Assembly: GCF_009831105.1 (NCBI RefSeq)
Contig: NZ_WUUQ01000002.1
Coordinates: 90,001 to 122,000, forward strand
DNA: 32,000 nt
Source: Copranaerobaculum intestinale
GTDB lineage: Bacteria > Bacillota_I > Bacilli_A > Erysipelotrichales > Erysipelotrichaceae
Direction of reading: 5' to 3'
The notes under the pieces were generated by a model. The model saw only the letters and a list, made by a program, of their open reading frames with translations. It ran no database searches and was not told where the DNA came from. The translations under genes and the position numbers were made by a program. Positions 25,662-32,000 of this stretch are shown here, in pieces (the stretch's first letter is position 1; every line of letters starts with the position of its first letter).

Positions 25662-26819
25662 TTATGCTTTGTAATAGGTATTTCCCTTGATGATCGTCTG
25701 TAATACATGATAGTCTTGATCCATGATTGTGAAATCAGCACGACGGCCAACCTCAATCTTTCCGCGGTCTGTGATGCCAAGACACTTTGCAGGATTTTCA
25801 CTGTATATGGATCCAATTTCTTCCATGCTTAATCCGATTTTTTCTTTGGCGGCGCGCATGATTTCGTTCCATACCATATTGCCGCCTAGCAGCATGCCGT
25901 TGTTATCGGTAACAGTATTGCCTTTTACATTGATTTCACCAAAGAAAGGGTTCTTGTGCTTTCCTTCCGGAAGTCCAGAAAAGCTGGTCATATCCGTAAT
26001 TCCATAGATATGATCCAATCCTTTTACCCGTATCGCCAGCCGAATCCAATCGGCGCCGACATGCATGCCGTCGCAGGTAAGCTGAGCGTTGATGCGATCA
26101 TCCAAGAGCGTTCCGATTCCTGGGCCATTGATTCGATGGTGCATTGGCTGGTAGCCGTTATACAAATGGGAGGCTTGCGTCAATCCATGATCCGCTGCGT
26201 CACGCACTTGATCACTGGTAGCCTGAGTGTAGCAAATTTCCGCTTTGACGCCTTGCTTCGTAACCCAATCGATCCATTCGATAGCACCGGGAAGTTCCGG
26301 AGCGATACAGATCAGCATGACGTCACTTAGGTCACCGTCGGTCATTGCCATCGTATGTTCCTTGCTAGGATTCACTTGATACTTTGGCATATTAGAGGCT
26401 GTCTGCTTTGGATTCATATAAGGTCCTTCATAATGAATCTGAAAAGGATCAGCCCCCACGATATCTTTTCTGACTTTACGAATCAGCCGGGTAGATTTTA
26501 TTAAGGATTCCAAAGGTGTACTGCCGTCAAACGTAGGAAGACAGGAAGTAACGCCGCTATAAGGAAGTCTGCGGCAGATTTCGCGCACTTGTTCTTCACC
26601 GTTACTGAAATCTACATTTTCACTTTCATAAAAGGAATACGTATAGCCGCCGTGGATATGGGTATCGATCATCCCAGCATATAAGTACATACCGTTAGCG
26701 TCAATGAAATGATCATCCTGTATCTTGGTATCGACCTTAGTGATGATTCCGTCTTGATATTGGACTTCCAAATTTTGAAATTTACCGTCGAGAAATACTT
26801 TAGCATTTGTGATTTTCAT
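25662..26819 (-). CDS. nagA: N-acetylglucosamine-6-phosphate deacetylase-like amidohydrolase
   Basis: GMIDTHIHGG metal motif, a 385-aa NagA-sized barrel, and a C-terminal GKIEVGRRADFTIMD motif. It is divergent from a GntR/HutC regulator. Confidence 0.8.
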   Translation of the reverse strand: MKITNAKVFLDGKFQNLEVQYQDGIITKVDTKIQDDHFIDANGMYLYAGMIDTHIHGGYTYSFYESENVDFSNGEEQVREICRRLPYSGVTSCLPTFDGSTPLESLIKSTRLIRKVRKDIVGADPFQIHYEGPYMNPKQTASNMPKYQVNPSKEHTMAMTDGDLSDVMLICIAPELPGAIEWIDWVTKQGVKAEICYTQATSDQVRDAADHGLTQASHLYNGYQPMHHRINGPGIGTLLDDRINAQLTCDGMHVGADWIRLAIRVKGLDHIYGITDMTSFSGLPEGKHKNPFFGEINVKGNTVTDNNGMLLGGNMVWNEIMRAAKEKIGLSMEEIGSIYSENPAKCLGITDRGKIEVGRRADFTIMDQDYHVLQTIIKGNTYYKA

Positions 26820-26866
26820 AATGTATCCTTTCCTCCGCCATTAGGCTATATGCTTTCTTTACGTAC

Positions 26867-26895
26867 ATTGTAAGGAAGGATTTGTGGAATGTCAA
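26867..26895 (-). promoter_or_regulatory. Promoter of nagA
   Basis: On the minus strand: TTGACA, a 17-nt spacer, then TACAAT. Confidence 0.55.
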
Positions 26896-26903
26896 CAAAT
26901 TAT

Positions 26904-26923
26904 TATAATGTTATAACATTATA
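26904..26923. promoter_or_regulatory. Perfect 20-bp palindrome, candidate GntR/HutC operator
   Basis: TATAATGTTA|TAACATTATA is exactly self-complementary. It contains a GT-N-AC core (ATGTTATAACAT) and lies between the divergent nagA and gntR -35 boxes. Confidence 0.6.
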
Positions 26924-26942
26924 TAGATTTGCGGAATAGTGA

Positions 26943-26971
26943 TTGAAACCGGAATTTACTTACGTTATAAT
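26943..26971 (+). promoter_or_regulatory. Promoter of the GntR-family gene
   Basis: TTGAAA, a 17-nt spacer, then TATAAT. Confidence 0.6.
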
Positions 26972-27028
26972 AAAAATATAGAAAATGGAACAGGGCAGTG
27001 ATCTTTATTCCAAGGGGAGAGACGTAAA

Positions 27029-27778
27029 ATGGATTTATCATTTATCAATATCAGTAAATATAGTAAGGTGCCGCTTCATGAACAGCTCAGAGAAAGTATT
27101 GTGAAAGCAATTCATAACGGTACGCTGAAGGCAGATGATAAGCTGCCTACTGAGGATGAGCTATGCAAAGCGTTTGATATATCTCGTATTGTTGTAAGAC
27201 AGTCCTACAACGATCTTTTAAAAGACGGTTTGATTGACCGCGGCCGCGGCCGTGGTTCGTTTGTGAAGAAAATGGATGACAGCGGATTATTTATGCATCA
27301 CATTTTATCGTTTCGTGAGGAAATGTCGATTCTGAATCGTAATTCACATGTAGAAGTAATCAAGGCAGAGTGTATTTCCTATGAGGCACCTATTTTTGAT
27401 GAATTGGGTTTAACAAAGAGCGATCATTGTTTTCTTTTGAAACGGGTGCGGTATGCGGATGGAAATCCTTATACATATATTGAAAATTATGTGCGCATAG
27501 ATCGGTTTTATAATCTCGATACCTACGATTTTACTGTGCAGTCACTGTATGATGTGCTTCAGACCGATTATGATACAAAGCCATCCTTGGCAAAGCGATC
27601 GATCGGAGCCATGAAAGCGGACGCTGAAATGGCCGGTTATCTGGGAGTCAAAAAAAATGCCGCAGTTCTAATTGTGAAGAGTGTTGTTTATGATCAATAT
27701 GATCGTCTGATCGAGATCAGCAACGAATATGTAGCAGGGGATTCTCACCGTTATGATTTCGAGGTAAGGAATAATTGA
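27029..27778 (+). CDS. GntR-family transcriptional regulator, HutC/NagR subfamily (UTRA effector domain)
   Basis: N-terminal wHTH (PLHEQLRESI...KLPTEDELCKAFDISRIVVRQSYNDLLKDGLI..GRGRGSFV) plus a C-terminal domain of about 160 aa. Confidence 0.88.
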   Translation: MDLSFINISKYSKVPLHEQLRESIVKAIHNGTLKADDKLPTEDELCKAFDISRIVVRQSYNDLLKDGLIDRGRGRGSFVKKMDDSGLFMHHILSFREEMSILNRNSHVEVIKAECISYEAPIFDELGLTKSDHCFLLKRVRYADGNPYTYIENYVRIDRFYNLDTYDFTVQSLYDVLQTDYDTKPSLAKRSIGAMKADAEMAGYLGVKKNAAVLIVKSVVYDQYDRLIEISNEYVAGDSHRYDFEVRNN

Positions 27779-27853
27779 GTCTATTTTTTGAAGAGTATTA
27801 TATTTTTTTGAAGCAAAAAATGAATTTTATACTATATTTCTGCTTGGATGATG

Positions 27854-27898
27854 AAAAAAAGACGATGCTGATTGATACAGAATCGTCTTATTTTATTT
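27854..27898. terminator. Bidirectional terminator shared by gntR (+) and tRNA-His (-)
   Basis: Stem aagacgat/atcgtctt with a 15-nt loop, flanked by A7 (left) and TTTTATTT (right). Confidence 0.6.
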
Positions 27899-27903
27899 CT
27901 CAA

Positions 27904-27981
27904 TGGGGCGGTCGAAGGGAATCGAACCCTCGGAATGACTGGACCACAACCAGTTGTGTTAACCACTTCACCACGACCGCC
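27904..27981 (-). tRNA. tRNA-His (anticodon GUG) with encoded G-1 and CCA
   Basis: The reverse complement is GGCGGTCG...ACTGG-TTGTGGT-CCAGT...GGTTCGATTCC...CGACCGCCCCA. The extra 5' G pairs with C73, as in bacterial tRNA-His. Confidence 0.9.
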
Positions 27982-28091
27982 AGGTATTATTTAAGGCAAG
28001 TGTTATTATATATGAAGGTCTTGTATTTGTAAAGAGATTTTATTGTATTTTTGAAAGTTTGTTGTTATAATGCAGGCTAAGGAGTGATTTC

Positions 28092-28931
28092 ATGAACAGG
28101 ATCGCATTGATGTGTGATTCTTCCGCAGATATAACGAAGGAAGAAGCAGCTGCGCTCGATATTCATGTTGTACGCATGCCGATCGTAATTGATGGAAAAG
28201 ACTATAAAGAAGAACTGGAAATCAGTGATCGGGAATTTATCGAAGCAATGCGCAGTGACAAAAGGATTACCACCACTCAGCCGAGCCTTGGTGATTTCAT
28301 TTTGATGTGGGAAGAGCTTTTAAAAGAATATGATGAAGTATTTTATATACCGCTTTCCAAGGCATTAAGCGGGACATGCCGTAACGCGATTCAATTGGCA
28401 GAAAAATATGAGGGGCGGGTCACGGTCGTTGATTCAGAATATGTGTGTTCTCCAGTAGTTGTGCAGCTTCAGGAAGCTCGTAAAATGTTTGAGCTTGGCT
28501 ATACTGCTGATGAAGTGAAAAAGAAACTTGAAACAGAGAGCGACATGTTTGCCATCCTGATACCCGAGGACTTAAAGTATTTGAAAAACGGCGGTAGAAT
28601 ATCTCCTGCAACGGCGGCCTTGGGCGGTTTGCTGAAAATTCATCCGTTGCTGAAAGTGGAACATGGAGCCATAGATGTTCAGGACAAGGTTCGTACGCTG
28701 CCTAAGGCTCATAAAGAAGGCATACGCGTCGTTACCGAAAATATCGATCCGCAAGAGTATTATTGGATGATCATTGATGCGGATAATCGTGAAGCCAGTG
28801 ATCAGCTGAAAAAAAGCCTTGAATCAGCGACTGGTCAACAGGTGATGCAGAGGGTTTTCAAACCGATTATTATGTGTCATGTGGGACCGGGAACCATAGG
28901 CTTCGGTCGCATTAAAAAGATGAAGTATTAG
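28092..28931 (+). CDS. DegV-family fatty-acid-binding protein
   Basis: IALMCDSSADI N-terminus, TTTQPS motif, 279 aa. SD AAGGAG is upstream. Confidence 0.88.
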   Translation: MNRIALMCDSSADITKEEAAALDIHVVRMPIVIDGKDYKEELEISDREFIEAMRSDKRITTTQPSLGDFILMWEELLKEYDEVFYIPLSKALSGTCRNAIQLAEKYEGRVTVVDSEYVCSPVVVQLQEARKMFELGYTADEVKKKLETESDMFAILIPEDLKYLKNGGRISPATAALGGLLKIHPLLKVEHGAIDVQDKVRTLPKAHKEGIRVVTENIDPQEYYWMIIDADNREASDQLKKSLESATGQQVMQRVFKPIIMCHVGPGTIGFGRIKKMKY

Positions 28932-28954
28932 CCATTTGTATATGGCTTTTTTTA
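28930..28954 (+). terminator. Intrinsic terminator after degV
   Basis: Stem agccat/atggct followed by T7. Confidence 0.7.
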
Positions 28955-28965
28955 TAAAGAAACGT

Positions 28966-29006
28966 AACAATAGGATCGAGCGGATTGCTGACTCGATCCT
29001 ATTGTT
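28966..29006 (-). terminator. Long hairpin downstream of the minus-strand pilus operon
   Basis: Perfect 15-bp stem (aacaataggatcgag / ctcgatcctattgtt) with an 11-nt loop, 10 nt past the stop of the last operon gene. A T-rich tail follows on the minus strand. Confidence 0.6.
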
Positions 29007-29016
29007 TTATAGAATG

Positions 29017-29346
29017 CTATCGGATAATCTGCGTCAAGGTTTGGATACTGCCTGTTTCTTCATAGCCGACCAGTGCAATTTTGATTGGAAATGTAACTTT
29101 TACCAAATAGCGTTCCTCCTCATTGTGAATTGAAAGCTTTAAAGACGGGTATTTTTCAGTCTGATCATCAATTAGTTCCTGTACGTGCTGGTCAAGTCGA
29201 TTTTGATGTTCAATCGTTGATATTGCATAATCCTGCAAATATCTTGCTTGGTTATAAGACATGAGTATTTCGACAAAGTTAATACCTAAAATAATGGCTG
29301 GGAATGTAAAAATCAAAATAAGTGATAGTTCAAAAGCACCTTTCAT
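29017..29346 (-). CDS. TadE-like minor pilin / pilus-assembly protein (tentative)
   Basis: The N-terminus MKGAFELSLILIFTFPAIILG resembles the TadE motif G-x-x-x-E-F/L-x-L-x-x-P. GGAGAA lies 7 nt upstream. It is the last gene of the Tad-like operon. Confidence 0.5.
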   Translation of the reverse strand: MKGAFELSLILIFTFPAIILGINFVEILMSYNQARYLQDYAISTIEHQNRLDQHVQELIDDQTEKYPSLKLSIHNEEERYLVKVTFPIKIALVGYEETGSIQTLTQIIR

Positions 29347-29349
29347 AAT

Positions 29350-29499
29350 TTATTTCTCCGAATTTGCGGTCATGCTGTTCCACTGATTTTCAAGGGTATC
29401 CTGCATGATCGACTTGAATCCGTCGCTGAAGGCAATCATGCCGGTGGCAATGATTGTAACGACAAGAACCAATCCATATTCCTCAAAAAAAGCCTTCAA
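29350..29499 (-). CDS. Flp-like type IVb pilin, 49 aa from a TTG start (tentative)
   Basis: MKAFFEEYGLVLVVTIIATGMIAF carries the Flp E-Y-G-L motif plus a hydrophobic helix. SD AAGGGGGTG lies 5 nt upstream of TTG 29499, which overlaps the stop of the upstream gene (TTGA). The track's longer 81-aa form starts at a GTG with no SD inside the upstream gene. Confidence 0.5.
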   Translation of the reverse strand: MKAFFEEYGLVLVVTIIATGMIAFSDGFKSIMQDTLENQWNSMTANSEK

Positions 29500-30251
29500 C
29501 CCATCACCCCCTTTCCAAAGAGATCTAGAATGATCTGAAACATGACTGCCATGAACATAACGGTTACTCCCAACAGCGGCAGCATTCCCCACCACTGATA
29601 GAACAGCAGTTTGGTATCAAAGCGTTCCTTGCGCTCAGCCCGAATCCATTTTGCGGTTGTTTCAATCATCCGCTGAAGCTGTTGATAGGCATCCGCCTTG
29701 CCAACGCTTTGATAGCGATAGAGCAGCTTCATTGCCCGTTCCACCTCTGCGAGATGATATTGATTTAAAAAAGATAAATAAGGCTGTATGCTGATGGCGT
29801 CATTGCTTGTCGCTTCAATCAGGTGACTCAGATCATCACGAATTAAAGAGGGAGCCGTTTGGGTAGAAGCGATCAATGCCTGATGAACAGTGTTAGTCTG
29901 AATCAGAATTTGCAGCTGTCGAAGCCAGATTGGAAATTGAAATTGAAGCTGCCGCACCTGCTGCTTTTTTTGATGCTTCTGATTCCAATAAGGATGTTTA
30001 TAAAGATAAAAAGATAAACTGAAAACCAGTATTAAAAATCGCCAATCATACTTCATAAAGGGCCATATCACAAGCGTTATGAAAACATAAAGCGATCTGC
30101 GAATGCGTTTTTGATAAAAACTATCTGCCGCGTAATGAAATATGGATTCTGCGTCGGCTTCCTTCAGCAGCGGCAGCAGGTAGTTCTCAATCGTTGTATG
30201 AAAGATCGTAATTACGGCCAAAAACAGATAGAGTATTAGGATTCCCAGCAT
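29496..30251 (-). CDS. T2SSF-domain inner-membrane platform protein, TadC-like
   Basis: N-terminal TM, a helical cytoplasmic domain (FPIWLRQLQILIQTNTVHQAL resembles the GspF/T2SSF repeat) and C-terminal TM segments. GGAGGA lies 6 nt upstream of ATG 30251; the track start at 30323 is rejected. Confidence 0.6.
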   Translation of the reverse strand: MLGILILYLFLAVITIFHTTIENYLLPLLKEADAESIFHYAADSFYQKRIRRSLYVFITLVIWPFMKYDWRFLILVFSLSFYLYKHPYWNQKHQKKQQVRQLQFQFPIWLRQLQILIQTNTVHQALIASTQTAPSLIRDDLSHLIEATSNDAISIQPYLSFLNQYHLAEVERAMKLLYRYQSVGKADAYQQLQRMIETTAKWIRAERKERFDTKLLFYQWWGMLPLLGVTVMFMAVMFQIILDLFGKGVMG

Positions 30252-31111
30252 ACATATTCCTCCGCATCTATCCAGCTGTCCTGCAGAATACGGTGAGCCA
30301 TGATGATGGTAACACCGATACAAATAAAGAACAGGGACATTGATATCTGATAGACACCGCCTGTTACTTGAAAGTCAATCTGGGCCAGCATCTGTTTGGA
30401 TACAAAAGCGATGAGACCTGCAAAAGCGCAGAGAACCAGCATGCGGTTTTTGGCCTGAAGCTGCTGTTTTTTGAACAGATAAACATCTTCGATCCAATCA
30501 TCGATATCATCCTGAATAAAATCCAGACCTTCCTGATAATAAAGTGATCCATGCTCTTCCACAGCGCAGGTGATGGTGAGAAGATTATGAATAATAAAAT
30601 GCGGACAGTATGATCGCAGCGGCTCAAATGCCGTTTCCAAATCTTCGCCGTTCTCAATATTAGTCATAATGGCTTGCACCGTGATTTTTAAATCTCCCTG
30701 TGTGAGGGCCTCACAATCCGTAAGGGTTTGATAGAGCTTGGGATTGAGCTTGAAAAGGGCGATAAAATGTTGAAGGAAATTAGTCAGATCATTGAATTTA
30801 CGTTCCTCAAAGGTATGTGAAGCTGACCATAAAACTAACAGCGGCATCAGTAAAACAGCAGTGAAGGCCATCACCATGATACTAGCTAACTGCAGTTGAA
30901 AGAGAAAACCCGCTGCGGTCACCAAAATTGCGCTCAGGGTGCAAATCAGAACGTGCTGACGCATTTGATACTGATAGCCATAGGCGATGACAGACTGCTG
31001 CAGATTACGGAAGCCGCCGCGCTGCAGGATGCAGTAACGGAGAATGGCACCGCCTTGTCTGCGGTTGCCCAGATACAACATAATAAGGATTATAAACAAA
31101 ATGACAGTCAT
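30236..31111 (-). CDS. T2SSF-domain inner-membrane platform protein, TadB-like
   Basis: N-terminal TM, a central soluble helical domain and C-terminal TM segments. The ATG overlaps the ATPase stop (ATGA), and GAGGAAG is upstream. Confidence 0.6.
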   Translation of the reverse strand: MTVILFIILIMLYLGNRRQGGAILRYCILQRGGFRNLQQSVIAYGYQYQMRQHVLICTLSAILVTAAGFLFQLQLASIMVMAFTAVLLMPLLVLWSASHTFEERKFNDLTNFLQHFIALFKLNPKLYQTLTDCEALTQGDLKITVQAIMTNIENGEDLETAFEPLRSYCPHFIIHNLLTITCAVEEHGSLYYQEGLDFIQDDIDDWIEDVYLFKKQQLQAKNRMLVLCAFAGLIAFVSKQMLAQIDFQVTGGVYQISMSLFFICIGVTIIMAHRILQDSWIDAEEYVCWES

Positions 31112-32000
31112 GATTTCTTCCTCTTTTTTTTCTGTGGATTCATCAGGCGCTCTTTCATCTCATCGGGCAGCAGCTTTATGAAATCCAGTTCTTTTCCTTG
31201 TTCATAAAGCAAAACTTGGACGGGATTGCCATGATCGACAAAGTAAGCAGTCACAGAATGGATGTATCTTTGTACACCGTCAGTACCGATGTTTGATCGG
31301 ACGCAAATTCCTAAATCGACGGCATCGTAAATGACCTGCTCCAGCTGGAGATTATCAATTTCCTGACCAGGATACATCTGCTGAATTCGATAGGGGATGC
31401 GGGATGCGGAGCGGCAGTGCAGAGTAGATAAAATATGGGTTCCGGTGGACATGCTTTCCAACAGATAAACAACCTCACGGGAACGGACTTCTGATACCAG
31501 AATCCAATTGGGACGCTGCCGCAGGCCCGCTTTGATAGCATCTGCATATGTAAAATGTTCATTGACCTTCAAAGCTACACAGTCCCGCTGTGGATGCAGA
31601 TCATGATATCGAAGCTCTAGGGTATCCTCAATCGTAATGACACGCTCATGTTCCGGTATGGAAGCACTCAATAACTTGATAAGCTCTGTTTTTCCTACTC
31701 CCGGCAAACCGCATACTAAAATATTAAAATGATGAGCGACTGCATCTTGCAGAAAATGCAGGAGGGATGCCGGAACATATTGAGATTTCACTGCCGCTGT
31801 ATCACTAATTCGCATGAGTGCAGGAGTTTTACGAATAGAAATACTATTGCCGCCGTGGGCTATGGATTCATGAATAATACTGATTCTCAGTTCATCAGTC
31901 TCTGCTTCCAGAAGCGGTGAGGTTACATTAAAGGGCTGATTGACATAATTGGCAAGTTTGTAACAGAATTGCTTCATAAACGCCGTTTCTTCAAAATCTT
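31108..32000 (-). CDS. CpaF/TadA (VirB11-superfamily) secretion ATPase, N-terminus probably beyond the window
   Basis: Walker A GLPGVGKTE, Asp box ITIEDTLEL, Walker B region RPNWILVSEVR and His box GTHILSTLH. The frame stays open upstream of the ATG at 31977 to the window edge. Confidence 0.8.
   Translation of the reverse strand, partial: DFEETAFMKQFCYKLANYVNQPFNVTSPLLEAETDELRISIIHESIAHGGNSISIRKTPALMRISDTAAVKSQYVPASLLHFLQDAVAHHFNILVCGLPGVGKTELIKLLSASIPEHERVITIEDTLELRYHDLHPQRDCVALKVNEHFTYADAIKAGLRQRPNWILVSEVRSREVVYLLESMSTGTHILSTLHCRSASRIPYRIQQMYPGQEIDNLQLEQVIYDAVDLGICVRSNIGTDGVQRYIHSVTAYFVDHGNPVQVLLYEQGKELDFIKLLPDEMKERLMNPQKKKRKKS

Noticed and set aside
27775-28032. 85-aa plus-strand ORF spanning 27775-28032.
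   Set aside because: It overlaps the bidirectional terminator and the whole tRNA-His gene, has no SD, and is an AT-rich intergenic read-through.
29500-29595. Longer 81-aa version of the Flp-like pilin, which would supply a 32-aa leader ending GDG.
   Set aside because: It starts at a GTG with no SD and lies about 100 nt inside the TadC-like gene, whereas TTG 29499 has a strong SD and a stop-start overlap. The longer form is not excluded, and that uncertainty is stated in the finding.
1-32000. CRISPR arrays, tandem repeats, IS elements and prophage genes.
   Set aside because: Reading the intergenic regions and the ORF translations, I found no regularly spaced direct repeats, no transposase or phage structural or integrase motifs, and no long duplicated segments.

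Overview
The window looks like a chromosomal, mostly core-metabolism segment of a low-GC Gram-positive bacterium (Bacillota). Supporting signs are DnaI, DegV, two T-box leaders, lipobox lipoproteins and GGAGG-type ribosome-binding sites. A ThrRS without the N-terminal TGS domain hints at an Erysipelotrichia/Mollicutes-related lineage, but that is inference only.

Gene order, left to right:
- dnaI (5' partial), pfkA-pyk, a ROK kinase and the M29 aminopeptidase pepS.
- A lone small serine recombinase.
- T-box(Thr)-thrS, translationally coupled to a lipoprotein substrate-binding protein (SBP), followed by a separately transcribed NitT/TauT-type permease with no ATPase.
- HTH-psuK and psuG, then dcd and tRNA-Pro(CGG).
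- An alpha/beta hydrolase, a degenerate amidohydrolase-like gene and a hypothetical gene.
- A merR-mscL operon divergent from a MATE exporter.
- T-box(Met)-metNIQ.
- A membrane-anchored hypothetical protein, cobB, a PHP phosphatase and rmuC.
- A 75-aa Cys-rich ORF.
- nagA divergent from a GntR/HutC regulator, then tRNA-His(GUG) and degV.
- At the right edge, a minus-strand Tad/Flp-like pilus operon (CpaF-like ATPase, two T2SSF-like membrane proteins, an Flp-like pilin and a TadE-like protein) that runs out of the window.

I saw no CRISPR array, no transposase, no prophage genes and no recognisable defence operon. Most of the window is ordinary. The items most worth a second look are:
1. The Tad-like operon, whose pilin-like genes have almost no leader peptide.
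2. The serine recombinase gene, bracketed by a perfect 12-bp inverted repeat next to the thrS promoter.
3. The orphan Cys-rich mini-protein.
4. The SBP gene coupled to thrS under a Thr T-box.

All functional calls come from reading motifs in the translations. No database search was run.
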